A stretch of 64,000 nucleotides of DNA from Candidatus Nomurabacteria bacterium (GTDB lineage: Bacteria; Patescibacteriota; Minisyncoccia; Phycocordibacterales; UBA9973), in NCBI GenBank assembly GCA_023267215.1, contig JAHFNS010000002.1:256892-320891 (forward strand). The letters are read 5' to 3'. Positions 27,096 through 37,220 of the stretch are shown here, in pieces. Made by a program: the position numbers and the translations under genes. The notes under the pieces were generated by a model. That model was not told the DNA's origin. It was given only the letters and a program-made list of their open reading frames with translations, and did not search any database. Numbering within the stretch: the stretch's first letter is position 1; every line of letters starts with the position of its first letter.

Positions 27096-27314
27096 AACGC
27101 TCCTTTTATTTTTTTTATAAATTAAATTGATTACAAAAAAACGGAATATTTTTTCTGTACTTTTGTAACCAATTTAATTGTTTGTCAAAGAAATTCTCTA
27201 TTAATTAGAGAACATATTTAAACCTATGTAAAGCATAGCATAGTTTGGGGCTTTTGTCAATGTCAAGGAAGCTAAAATGCCAAAAAAGCTAGTATTTACG
27301 TGGACTTATCCACA
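27033..27314. repeat. Copy 2 of the 237-bp repeat (27033-27269) joined to copy 2 of the 45-bp DnaA-box element (27270-27314)
   Basis: Direct comparison with 24966-25202 and 23356-23400. Confidence 0.9.
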
Positions 27315-27389
27315 GAATTTTCCCCAATTTGCCTTGTTTAATGTATAATTAAAGAATTATTGGTGTATTTTAAATATAAATTTATATCT

Positions 27390-30300
27390 ATGTATAAAAA
27401 ATTTTTGAATATTGGAGTTGTAGTATTGGTAGTTTTGACAATTGGTATAAGTTTTCTTTTTATATCTAATGTACTAGCCTCAGGTCAAAATCCTCCGACT
27501 TTAACGCTTTCTGCAAATCCATCGACAGTAGAATATGGAGATTCGACTACTATAACTTGGTCAACGACATATGCAGATAATTGTACCGCTTTTGAAAGTT
27601 GGTCAGGATCGAAAGCAGTTTCTGGGTCGCAGAATATTGGCAACATAACATCAAGTGGGGTTTATCGACTTACATGCACTGGGTCTGGAGGTAGTGTCAC
27701 AAAGGATGCTTATATTAATATTGCAGCTTCGCCTAAATGTGGCTGTTATTCTAGTTTAGTAAATAGTGCAAATGCTGTAGGGTTGCCTTATTGCAGTGTG
27801 TATAATGACAATAACTATTGTCGTGCTGAAGTTGCTGGGGGTGGTTGGGGGTATTGTAATTGGCAGCCAATGTATGATGAATACTTTTCGTACTGTCCTA
27901 CATTAGGAGTTAGTGCCACCCCCGTCTCTATTTTTACTAATTCAACAGGAACATCTACTTTGACTATCTCAAGTAGTGATATTTCTGGAAATATAACTTA
28001 TTCTGTAAATAAACCAGATGGTCTTACAAATACATCTGTAAAAAATGGTTTTACAAATAAATCTGCTGAAATTGAAATTATTGCAGGGTCTACTGCCGGA
28101 ACTTACACTGTGACCGTGACAGCAAGTGGAACTGGCACTAATGGGAATTCTATTTCTACGTCAAAAGATATTCTCGTGACCGTGACGGCTGCCCCTACAC
28201 CTACTTTAACCCTTACAGCAACTCCAATTTCACTCCCTATTAATTCAACAAAAACAGGGAATATAATTGGTGTGACTGCGAGTAATATTTCGGGAAATAT
28301 AAATCTTTTTAAAACTCTTCCAAATAATATTTCTGATGTAGCTATACCTGATTCAATTCCTTCTACTTCTCTCTCTACTTCTTACAGCGTTACAGCTGGA
28401 CCTAATGCTACTACTTCAGGAAATCCTGCATTAGTAACAATATCCGCAAGCGCAGTTGGGACAGATGGAAGTACAGTTACTAAATCTATAGATGTCCCTG
28501 TCACTGTGACTGCCGCCGCTGTTCCTGATCCTTCTGGAACTATTTCTGTAGCTCCGACTTCTTGTGTCATAGCAATTGGCGCATCTACTTGTCCTACGTA
28601 TGTAAGTTGGGGAACTTATGATTTAATTGATGGTGTCACCGCAGAAGTGACAAGAAATAATCCACCCAACACTCATGTTTCTTATGCTCCAAATAGAAGT
28701 TCATATTTTCATAATATTAATTATGGAAAAACTATTTTCTTTCTCTACCATAATGGAGTAGAGTTGGCTAAAAGTGAAGAAATCACTGCTTCTTGTGCTA
28801 GTGGTTCCACTTGGAACAATACTATATGTGCAACTAATACAACTGTTCCCACTGTCGTTACTTCTGGAGCTATAAGTGTAACATCAACTTCTGCAACAAT
28901 TGGTGGAAATGTTACTTCAGATGGAGGTTCAGCTATTATTTCTCGAGGAACTATTATTGGTCAACAGCAGCCCACTTCAGATGTCCCCAAAACTGCAGAA
29001 GGTGGTACAACAACTGGTCATTTTAATCAAAATAAAACAAATTTAACTCCAGAAACCTCCTATTATTACAAAGCCTATGCCGTAAATAGTGTTGGTACAG
29101 CTTATGGTGATGATGTATTGTTTACAACTAGTGCTAAACTTTTATCTGACCTTGTTGCTTCAGCACCTACTTCAACCACAGCAGTTGTCGGAGTCGCTCA
29201 AACATTTTCTTCAACCATTCTAAACTCAGGCACTGCTTCAACTGGGGCTAGTTTTTATAATGCATTTCAAATAGCTGATGATGTAAGTGGAGTAGATCCA
29301 AGATCGCCTGAATCTTCATCTTCGATGTCAGCACTTGCTGTAAATGGAACGGGTGTTGCTTCTGCCTCGCATACATTTGATACCGCTAGAACATATTCTG
29401 TTAGATTTTGTGCAGATAGTAACACTAGCTTTGTCGGAACCATCACTGAATCAAATGAAAATAACAACTGTAGTGCTTGGACAGACGTAGTGGTGAGCGA
29501 TGCTCCAACAGCTCCTACTTGTACTTCTCCAACTTCGACTAATATTACTCAGACTTCTGCTGTTATAGGGGGAAACATAACTTCAAGTGGTGGTTCTGCT
29601 ATTAACTCTCGAGGAACTATTCTTAGTTTAGCTGATGCGAATATTCCTAAAACTGCAGAAGGTGGTACAACAACTGGTGTCTTCACTCAAAGTAAAACAA
29701 GTTTAACTCCAGGGACCACTTATCACTACAAAGCTTATGCCACGAATGCTATTGGCACAGGGTATTGTCCTGATTCCACCTTTACGACTTTGCCTCCGGA
29801 TTCCTGCGGTGCTGGCAGTAGTTCTACTCCACAACTTACTGAACCAACAGGAACAAATGCTTGTACAACTGGAATATATGCAAACTCTCCAGCCGACACC
29901 ACAACTGCCGGATCGCAAGCATGGAATTGGTCTTGCGGAACAGTGACGACATGTTCTGCTCCTAAATATGGATGTACAACAGTTACAGATACTAATTACA
30001 ATGCGACTGGTCCAAATAATATTTATAATTGTGCTCTCACTTGTGCGAATGGTGCAACTAATTATCCGACTTGTTCAACACATACGATTACTTTTGATGG
30101 CAATGGTTCCACTGGTGGTTCTACTGCTAGTCAAACAATTCCAGAAGGAAATTCTGTTAATTTAAGAGCCAATGGTTTTACTAAAACTGGTTATTCATTT
30201 GCTGGTTGGGCAACCACTTCAACTGGAGTTGTTTCTTATATTGATCAAGCAAGTTATAGTATGGGAAGTGGAGATGTAACTCTTTATGCAAAATGGAATC

Positions 30301-32135
30301 AAGGAGATTCTTGCGGTACATATTCTGGAATTACTCCAAGACTTACCGAACCAACAACAAATCCAACAGCATGTAATCCAGGAACATATGCAAACTCTCC
30401 AGCCGACACCACAACTGCCGGATCGCAAGCATGGAATTGGTCTTGCGGAACAGTGACGACATGTTCTGCTCCTAAATATGGATGTACAACAGTTACAGAT
30501 ACTAATTACAATGCGACTGGTCCAAATAATATTTATAATTGTGCTCTCACTTGTGCGAATGGTGCAACTAATTATCCGACTTGTTCACTTCTTCCGACTG
30601 TCACCACTTCTTCAATAACAAACATAACTCAAACCACTGCCACAGGTGGAGGAAATGTAACTTCCGATGGAGGAGCGACAGTCTCAGTGAGTGGTCTAGT
30701 CTGGAGTACATCATCAAATCCGACAACAGCTGATAGTAAAACAACTAATGGTTGGGCACTCGGTGGACCATGGACAAGTAATATAACAGGATTAACAGCA
30801 AATACTCTTTATCATGTACGTGCATATGCCACGAATAGTGTCGGTACTTCTTATGGTGCCGATGTGACATTTACGACGACTAGCGTTGCACCAGTTTCGC
30901 CAACAGTTACAACAAGTGCAATTACAAACATAACTCAAACCACTGCCACAGGTGGAGGAAATGTAACTTCCGATGGAGGAGCGACAGTCTCAGTGAGTGG
31001 TCTAGTCTGGAGTACATCATCAAATCCGACAACAGCTGATAGTAAAACAACTAATGGTTGGGCACTCGGTGGACCATGGACAAGTAATATAACAGGATTA
31101 ACAGCAAATACTCTTTATCATGTACGTGCATATGCCACGAATAGTGTCGGTACTTCTTATGGTGCCGATGTGACATTTACGACGACTGACACATCATGTT
31201 CTGCCCCTCTTACTCAAAATGTCACAGTTGCTTGTGATTTACAAAATGGGGTAGCAGCGTCTTCTGGATCAGTAATAAGAAGTCAAACAAAAGTTTATCC
31301 AGATTGTACTTTTGGTACACCGGTGACAGTAAATAATTCTACTTATGTAAGTGACAATTGTGTGTATCCGACAATAGTAAATGGTGCTTGCTCATCTCCG
31401 GTTGCTCATTATAATTGTTTGACCGGTTCTCTAAGTAATTCAAGTGAAGATGCTAACTCTTATACTTGGAATTGTATAGGTTCTAGTAGTGGTTCAACAG
31501 CTTTTTGTTCAGAAAGTAAAAATAATGATGTCATTCTTCCGACAGGTACTATGTCTGCTACTGCTTGTTCAATACTAGAAGATGCTTCATCCTGTAACTC
31601 GACTCTCTCTTGGAGTATAGATAATCCTACAGGCTCTTCTGCAATTACTAGTTCTATCAATGATGCTGGTGCCTCTGCTCCAAATACAGAAGTTGTAACT
31701 GGAATTGCAGTTACAGGTAGTCATTCTGTTGTTGTTCCTTATAATTCCAGAGCTTTTTATCTTTACAATCAGGGCTCACCCAATGCTCTTTCTCAGATAA
31801 TAGTGAACGTAGATTGTGCAACTGGTACTTATTGGAATGATACTAAATGTGTAAAAAATAATATCACTCCTTCTCCGACGGTCACTATCACTGCTACTCC
31901 AAGCTTAATTGCTAAAGGTAAATCTTCAACACTCACTTGGTCTTCCACTCACGCAGATTCATGCAGTGGAGCAAATTTTAGCACAGATGGTGCAACCTTA
32001 GGCACTGTCTCAGTGAGTCCAACAGTTACAACTACTTACGGAATAAATTGTGTTAATGTCAATGCACAAACATCTGATCATACGACTGTCACTGTGACAG
32101 TAGGAGGTAAACAGCCAATTTACAAGGAACAGTAG
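27390..32135 (+). CDS. Large Thr/Ser/Cys-rich cell-surface protein (Ig/Fn3-like, CARDB-like and InlB B-repeat modules)
   Basis: N-terminal TM/signal; Fn3-like L...T.Y..RAYA.NS.GT.YG; ITESNENNN; ITFDGNG...KTGYSFAGW; exact internal duplications. Confidence 0.88.
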   Translation: MYKKFLNIGVVVLVVLTIGISFLFISNVLASGQNPPTLTLSANPSTVEYGDSTTITWSTTYADNCTAFESWSGSKAVSGSQNIGNITSSGVYRLTCTGSGGSVTKDAYINIAASPKCGCYSSLVNSANAVGLPYCSVYNDNNYCRAEVAGGGWGYCNWQPMYDEYFSYCPTLGVSATPVSIFTNSTGTSTLTISSSDISGNITYSVNKPDGLTNTSVKNGFTNKSAEIEIIAGSTAGTYTVTVTASGTGTNGNSISTSKDILVTVTAAPTPTLTLTATPISLPINSTKTGNIIGVTASNISGNINLFKTLPNNISDVAIPDSIPSTSLSTSYSVTAGPNATTSGNPALVTISASAVGTDGSTVTKSIDVPVTVTAAAVPDPSGTISVAPTSCVIAIGASTCPTYVSWGTYDLIDGVTAEVTRNNPPNTHVSYAPNRSSYFHNINYGKTIFFLYHNGVELAKSEEITASCASGSTWNNTICATNTTVPTVVTSGAISVTSTSATIGGNVTSDGGSAIISRGTIIGQQQPTSDVPKTAEGGTTTGHFNQNKTNLTPETSYYYKAYAVNSVGTAYGDDVLFTTSAKLLSDLVASAPTSTTAVVGVAQTFSSTILNSGTASTGASFYNAFQIADDVSGVDPRSPESSSSMSALAVNGTGVASASHTFDTARTYSVRFCADSNTSFVGTITESNENNNCSAWTDVVVSDAPTAPTCTSPTSTNITQTSAVIGGNITSSGGSAINSRGTILSLADANIPKTAEGGTTTGVFTQSKTSLTPGTTYHYKAYATNAIGTGYCPDSTFTTLPPDSCGAGSSSTPQLTEPTGTNACTTGIYANSPADTTTAGSQAWNWSCGTVTTCSAPKYGCTTVTDTNYNATGPNNIYNCALTCANGATNYPTCSTHTITFDGNGSTGGSTASQTIPEGNSVNLRANGFTKTGYSFAGWATTSTGVVSYIDQASYSMGSGDVTLYAKWNQGDSCGTYSGITPRLTEPTTNPTACNPGTYANSPADTTTAGSQAWNWSCGTVTTCSAPKYGCTTVTDTNYNATGPNNIYNCALTCANGATNYPTCSLLPTVTTSSITNITQTTATGGGNVTSDGGATVSVSGLVWSTSSNPTTADSKTTNGWALGGPWTSNITGLTANTLYHVRAYATNSVGTSYGADVTFTTTSVAPVSPTVTTSAITNITQTTATGGGNVTSDGGATVSVSGLVWSTSSNPTTADSKTTNGWALGGPWTSNITGLTANTLYHVRAYATNSVGTSYGADVTFTTTDTSCSAPLTQNVTVACDLQNGVAASSGSVIRSQTKVYPDCTFGTPVTVNNSTYVSDNCVYPTIVNGACSSPVAHYNCLTGSLSNSSEDANSYTWNCIGSSSGSTAFCSESKNNDVILPTGTMSATACSILEDASSCNSTLSWSIDNPTGSSAITSSINDAGASAPNTEVVTGIAVTGSHSVVVPYNSRAFYLYNQGSPNALSQIIVNVDCATGTYWNDTKCVKNNITPSPTVTITATPSLIAKGKSSTLTWSSTHADSCSGANFSTDGATLGTVSVSPTVTTTYGINCVNVNAQTSDHTTVTVTVGGKQPIYKEQ
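29876..30587 (+). repeat. Identical 202-bp intragenic repeat pair (29876-30077 and 30386-30587)
   Basis: Direct comparison; encodes a Cys-rich module. Confidence 0.9.
30618..31187 (+). repeat. Identical 264-bp intragenic repeat pair (30618-30881 and 30924-31187)
   Basis: Direct comparison; encodes an Fn3-like module. Confidence 0.9.
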
Positions 32136-32158
32136 AATAAAAAATAAGATATAAAATA

Positions 32159-32188
32159 CCAAAAATTCCCCAGTAGGGGAATTTTTGG
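32159..32188 (+). terminator. Intrinsic terminator after the surface protein gene
   Basis: ccaaaaattcccc-agta-ggggaatttttgg. Confidence 0.8.
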
Positions 32189-32200
32189 TATAATTGACTT

Positions 32201-33019
32201 ATGTCTAAGAGTATCATTATTGCCAATTGGAAGATGAATCCAGAAAATTTAAAAGAAGCAGAAAGATTATTTTCTGGTATTATTAAATCAATATCTGATA
32301 TTAAAAAAACGGAAATAGTGATTTGTCCGCCTTTTATTTTTTTGCCTTACTTTACCAAAGCTATTAAGAGTGAAGAAAAATTAATAAAAATTTCAAAAAA
32401 AATAAAAATTGGTGCACAGGATCTTTTTTTTGAAGATAGTGGGGCTTATACTGGAGAGATTTCAGCTCCTATGCTTTATGATATAGGTGCCAGATATGCA
32501 ATAATTGGACATTCTGAAAGAAGAAATCCTCCTTTTTCTAGCCTTGGAGGAACTATTGGAGAAACTAATTTAGAAATAAATAAAAAAATAAAAGCTGCTT
32601 TAAGAGCAGGACTTCAACCGATACTTTGTGTGGGAGAAAACCTAAGAGATGAAAATCACGAATATTTAAATTTTATAAAAATACAAATAGAAGAATGTTT
32701 GGATGGAATTTCTAAAAATTCTATTTCAAAAGTCATTGTTGCTTACGAACCAGTCTGGGCTATAGGTAATGGTGCTCGCCCAGCAACCCCGGAAGAATTT
32801 TATGAGATGAAAATATTCATTCGTAAAATCTTAAGTGATAAATTTGGAGTGAAATTTATTTCTGGTGCTAGAATAATCTATGGTGGTTCTGTTGATGATA
32901 AAAATGTTGAAAGTTTTATAAAAGAAGGAAAAGCAGATGGTTTTCTTCCGGGTAGAGCTAGTTTAGACATAAAAAAGTTTTCACAAATTATAAAAATATG
33001 CGAAACATCAAACAATTAA
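32201..33019 (+). CDS. tpiA: Triosephosphate isomerase
   Basis: ANWKMN, GHSERR, AYEPVWAIG, YGGSV. Confidence 0.96.
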   Translation: MSKSIIIANWKMNPENLKEAERLFSGIIKSISDIKKTEIVICPPFIFLPYFTKAIKSEEKLIKISKKIKIGAQDLFFEDSGAYTGEISAPMLYDIGARYAIIGHSERRNPPFSSLGGTIGETNLEINKKIKAALRAGLQPILCVGENLRDENHEYLNFIKIQIEECLDGISKNSISKVIVAYEPVWAIGNGARPATPEEFYEMKIFIRKILSDKFGVKFISGARIIYGGSVDDKNVESFIKEGKADGFLPGRASLDIKKFSQIIKICETSNN

Positions 33020-34038
33020 AAAATATAAAAGGAAAAAGAGCTTTGGTGCGAGTAGATTTTAACGTACCCATCAAAAATGGAAAAGTTTTGGATGATTTCA
33101 GAATTAAACAAGCAATACCCTCTATTAAATACTTAGAAAAAAAGGGAGCGAAAATAATTTTAATCACGCACTTAGGGAAAGACGGCAGTGCAAGTTTGGA
33201 GCCAGTCATTAAACATTTTTTTAAGATTTCAAAATGTTCTAAATTACAAATTAGTTTCTTTGAAAACATAAGGAAATTTTCTGGTGAAGAAAAGAATGAT
33301 TTAAATTTTGCAAAAAACCTTGCGAAACAAGGAGATTTTTATGTGAATGAAGCCTTTTCTGTGTCTCATAGAGCTCATGCATCTGTCGTTTCCTTAGCGA
33401 AACTTCTGCCTTCTTATGCAGGTTTCCAATTTGAAAAAGAAATTAAAAATTTATCTAAAGTTTTCAAAAATCCAAAACACCCTTTTTTGTTTATTTTAGG
33501 TGGTGCAAAATTTTCTACTAAAATGCCACTAATAAAAAAATATTTAAAATTAGCTGACAGTGTTTTTATCGGGGGAGCACTTGCCAATGATTTTTTGAAA
33601 GCTAAAGGATATGAAATAGGGAAATCTTTAGTAGATGAGATTGATTTTGGAATTAAAAATATTATAAAAAATAAAAAAATAATTTTACCAGAAGATGTAT
33701 TTGTAAAAGATGAAATTATCTTAGATATTGGTGAGAAATCAGTAAAAACTTTAGAAAATTTAATCCAAAAATCAAAATTGATTCTTTGGAATGGACCACT
33801 TGGTAAATATGAAGACGAAGAAGCAAAAGCAACCAAGAGAATCATGAATTTTCTTTTAAAACAAAAAAATAAAGAGATAATCCTCGGTGGTGGAGATCTC
33901 GTAAGTTGTATTCCGAAATCTGTTTTAGAATCTAGAAACTATAAACTAGCACCTAATTTATTTATTTCCACTGGTGGAGGAGCTACATTGGATTTTTTAG
34001 CGAACGGTACATTGCCTGGAATTAAAGCATTGAAGTAA
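32998..34038 (+). CDS. pgk: Phosphoglycerate kinase (compact)
   Basis: RVDFNVP, HLG, SHRAHAS, LGGAK, WNGP.G, STGGGA. Confidence 0.95.
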   Translation: MRNIKQLKNIKGKRALVRVDFNVPIKNGKVLDDFRIKQAIPSIKYLEKKGAKIILITHLGKDGSASLEPVIKHFFKISKCSKLQISFFENIRKFSGEEKNDLNFAKNLAKQGDFYVNEAFSVSHRAHASVVSLAKLLPSYAGFQFEKEIKNLSKVFKNPKHPFLFILGGAKFSTKMPLIKKYLKLADSVFIGGALANDFLKAKGYEIGKSLVDEIDFGIKNIIKNKKIILPEDVFVKDEIILDIGEKSVKTLENLIQKSKLILWNGPLGKYEDEEAKATKRIMNFLLKQKNKEIILGGGDLVSCIPKSVLESRNYKLAPNLFISTGGGATLDFLANGTLPGIKALK

Positions 34039-34414
34039 TTTTTTTTACTACTTCTTCTTTTTCTCCTTCCTCATAATGCTTTTTAGGCCATTCTGAAAGT
34101 CCATCGTCTTTATAACGAGGTATTAGATGCACATGAAAATGTGGTACATCTGTACCACTCACACTTAGGGATACATAATCGCAACCGATTCCTTTTATCA
34201 TTGCTTGCATTAATTTTTTTGCTAACTTGAATATTTCTGAGATAGTTTCATCTTTTACTTCTTGCATCCAGACAACATGTTGTTTGGGAATTATTAAAGT
34301 ATGTCCAAAAGAAACTGGTTCTATGTCTAATAGGGCTAAAAAATACTCATCTTCGTAAACTTTTGTGACAGGCAATTCTCCTTTGGTTATTTTACAAAAA
34401 ATACAACTTTGCAT
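34022..34414 (-). CDS. HIT family hydrolase
   Basis: CIFCKI, GHTLIIPK, HFHVHLIPR. Confidence 0.93.
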   Translation of the reverse strand: MQSCIFCKITKGELPVTKVYEDEYFLALLDIEPVSFGHTLIIPKQHVVWMQEVKDETISEIFKLAKKLMQAMIKGIGCDYVSLSVSGTDVPHFHVHLIPRYKDDGLSEWPKKHYEEGEKEEVVKKITSML

Positions 34415-34450
34415 AAGGATAATATATCAAATTATGTTAAAATTTACTAC

Positions 34451-36133
34451 ATGCAACAATATTCCGAATTACTTCGGACAATTTTAGAAAAGAGAGGAAT
34501 AAAAACAGAAGCGGAAGCTCTGGTTTTTTTAAATCCTGATTATGAACGTGATCTACAGGATCCATTTTTAATGAGAGATATGGAACGTGCCTGCGTAAAG
34601 CTTTTCGAGACGATAGATAATGGAGAAAAGACTGTTATATATGCTGATTATGACTGTGATGGCATACCGGGTGCTGTTATATTGCAAGATTTATTCAAAA
34701 AAGTAGGGTATACAAATTATGAGATTTATATTCCAGGTAGAAATAATGAAGGTTATGGACTAAACTCTCAAGCCATAGAACAATTTGTAAAAAAAGGAAT
34801 AAAACTTTTAATAACGATTGATCTTGGCATAACAGCTGTTTCCGAAGTGGCTGAAGCAGGGGTGGGAGGCATGAATGTGATTATTACAGACCATCACTTG
34901 CCTATCCGTAGCCTTGGCGAAGGAGGGCTTACCTCTATTGTTTTACCGAAAGCTTATGCAATTTTAAATCCAAAAGTAGATGAATATCCTGAAAAAATGT
35001 TGTGTGGAGCGGGAGTAATGTTTAAGTTTGTCCAAGGTTTCGTAAAAAAATATGGAGAACTCTACAAGGTGAAAGAAGGATGGGAAAAGTGGTGTCTAGA
35101 TATGGCGGGACTCGCCACTCTTTCTGACCTTGTGCCACTTTTAGGTGAGAATAGAGTCATTGCTTACTATGGAATGAAAGTATTAAAAAAATCTCCACGC
35201 CCAGGTTTACAAAAACTTTTATCAAAAATGAATATTGATCAGAAATATTTGAGCGAAGATGATATCGGTTTTATGGTGACTCCTCGGCTCAATGCTGCCT
35301 CGCGTATGGATGATCCGATGAGGGCTTATGAACTTCTTGCCACAGAAGACGAAGTGGAGGCCGGAATACTCGTCGATCATTTGTCTAAAATAAATGATGA
35401 TAGAAAAACAATGGTGACTTCCATTATGCGGGAAGTAAATAAAAAATTTGAAGAAAGAGATTTAAAAGAGGTAATAGTTATAGGCAATCCTAATTGGCGG
35501 GTGGGAGTGCTCGGGCTCGTGGCGGGAAAAATAACAGATGAATACAAAAGACCTGTTTTTGTTTGGGGGAAAGATGAAAATGATTTGATAAAAGGTTCTT
35601 GTCGATCTGATGGCTCGGTTTCTCTCGTTGAATTGATGACAGAGACCAGTGAATTTTTTACGGAATTTGGTGGACACGAGTTTGCTGGCGGTTTCACTGT
35701 AGACAATGAAAAGATTCATTTTCTAGAAGAAGCTCTTTCGACATCTTACCATAAGGTAAAGAGAGATGTGCTAGAAGATGAGATAGCTTATGACATCAAG
35801 TCTGATTTGAGTGCTGTGAATATGAAAAATTGGCGCGAGATAGAAAAACTTTCTCCTTTCGGGTTAGGAAACCCAAAACCAGTTTTTCTTTTTGAAAATG
35901 TTAAAGTAGAAAATATAAAAAAATTCGGCAAAAATGGTTCGGGGGAACATTTAGAAATCACTTTTTCTGACAATAGTAAAAATAAAGTTAAAGCAATTTC
36001 TTTTTTTTCTAACAATGATTCATTTGATGTGCCCTTGTCAGAAGGTATAAAAGTAAATCTTCTTGCTACATTTGATTTATCTAGATTTAGAGGAAGAGAA
36101 GAATTACGTTTACGAATTGAAAATGTCTTGTGA
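34451..36133 (+). CDS. recJ: ssDNA exonuclease RecJ
   Basis: DYDCDG, TDHH, PRLNAASR, GS.RS, GGH..AGG, PFG.GNP.P. Confidence 0.95.
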   Translation: MQQYSELLRTILEKRGIKTEAEALVFLNPDYERDLQDPFLMRDMERACVKLFETIDNGEKTVIYADYDCDGIPGAVILQDLFKKVGYTNYEIYIPGRNNEGYGLNSQAIEQFVKKGIKLLITIDLGITAVSEVAEAGVGGMNVIITDHHLPIRSLGEGGLTSIVLPKAYAILNPKVDEYPEKMLCGAGVMFKFVQGFVKKYGELYKVKEGWEKWCLDMAGLATLSDLVPLLGENRVIAYYGMKVLKKSPRPGLQKLLSKMNIDQKYLSEDDIGFMVTPRLNAASRMDDPMRAYELLATEDEVEAGILVDHLSKINDDRKTMVTSIMREVNKKFEERDLKEVIVIGNPNWRVGVLGLVAGKITDEYKRPVFVWGKDENDLIKGSCRSDGSVSLVELMTETSEFFTEFGGHEFAGGFTVDNEKIHFLEEALSTSYHKVKRDVLEDEIAYDIKSDLSAVNMKNWREIEKLSPFGLGNPKPVFLFENVKVENIKKFGKNGSGEHLEITFSDNSKNKVKAISFFSNNDSFDVPLSEGIKVNLLATFDLSRFRGREELRLRIENVL

Positions 36134-36145
36134 TATAATGCTTAA

Positions 36146-36610
36146 ATGTCAAAAGAAAAAATAATTATTTATACAGATGGTGCGGCGAGAGGGAACCCAG
36201 GTCCTGCTGGTTGGGGAGCTATTTTAATTTTTGGAGAAAAGATACATGAAATGGGTGGAAGGAGCGACCATGCCACAAACAATCAGATGGAGCTCTCAGG
36301 TCCGATCGAGGCTTTAAAATATTTACATAAGAAAAAAATAGATATGCCTGTGGAGATTTTTTCTGATTCAAAATATGTGATATTGGGAATCACTGAATGG
36401 ATTTCGAATTGGCAAAAAAACAATTGGCGAAATGCAGCCAAGAAACCAGTTTTAAACAAAGAGCTCTGGGTGGAACTTTATATACTTACAGAACAATTCA
36501 AAATCAAATGGAATTATGTTGCCGGACACAATGGTGATAAATGGAACGAACGTGCTGACGAAATAGCCACAAACTTTGCCGACGATAACGAGATAGAACT
36601 TAAAAAATAA
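36146..36610 (+). CDS. rnhA: Ribonuclease HI
   Basis: YTDGA..GNPG, TNNQMEL, DSKYV, GH.G...NERAD. Confidence 0.95.
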   Translation: MSKEKIIIYTDGAARGNPGPAGWGAILIFGEKIHEMGGRSDHATNNQMELSGPIEALKYLHKKKIDMPVEIFSDSKYVILGITEWISNWQKNNWRNAAKKPVLNKELWVELYILTEQFKIKWNYVAGHNGDKWNERADEIATNFADDNEIELKK

Positions 36611-36614
36611 AATT

Positions 36615-37220
36615 ATGAATGAAAATATTTTTAAAAATCAACAGGCTAAGCAAGAAAGATTGTTAGTAAAAGTAGAACTTGCAAAACCAGAAAATTGGAA
36701 AGAGTGTAAAGAGTTAAGGTTGCTTGAGCTTACTGATGATACAGCAGAAATGTTTGCGGCTGGACCAAAACATCCAGAGAAGTTGGAAGAGGAACAAAAG
36801 AGAGGAGAAAAAGAATGGCGAGAAGATTTGTCTCCGGAAAATAAAAGTATGTTTTTTGTATTATCATGGCATAATTCTAATGCGGTAGGTTTGGGTCGTG
36901 CAATACAGAAGACAGAAGGAATTTGGCATATGGGTTGGGCTTATACAAAGAAAGAGTTTCGTAAAAAAGGTTTTGGAACAAAAAATTCTGCACGGCGTTT
37001 AAAAGAAATAATAGAACGACAGGGGAAAAAAGTTACAATTGCAGTAAAGGCTACAAATAAAGAATCTATTAGTATTGCTAAAAATTTTGGTTTTGAATCA
37101 GATGACAAAATTCCAACAAAACTTCAAAAAGTGTTCAAATACCGTGGCTATTATATGGAGCTAGATTTAACTAATCCAGAAGTAATTAAGAAAATTAATG
37201 ATGTTCTAAATGCAGGATAG
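36615..37220 (+). CDS. GNAT family N-acetyltransferase
   Basis: Y...EFRKKG.G acetyl-CoA motif; N..S...A..FGF. Confidence 0.75.
   Translation: MNENIFKNQQAKQERLLVKVELAKPENWKECKELRLLELTDDTAEMFAAGPKHPEKLEEEQKRGEKEWREDLSPENKSMFFVLSWHNSNAVGLGRAIQKTEGIWHMGWAYTKKEFRKKGFGTKNSARRLKEIIERQGKKVTIAVKATNKESISIAKNFGFESDDKIPTKLQKVFKYRGYYMELDLTNPEVIKKINDVLNAG

Noticed and set aside
23392-27314. DnaA boxes as a replication origin
   Set aside because: The boxes are single and about 2 kb apart, with no dnaA/dnaN or box cluster nearby; a promoter-associated role fits better.
20900-27314. Prophage or classical integron
   Set aside because: No integrase, phage structural genes or clear attC sites were seen.
29876-31187. 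Direct repeats as a CRISPR array or DGR template/variable pair
   Set aside because: They are long, in-frame, identical protein modules with no spacers, no adenine-specific mismatches and no cas or reverse transcriptase gene in the window.
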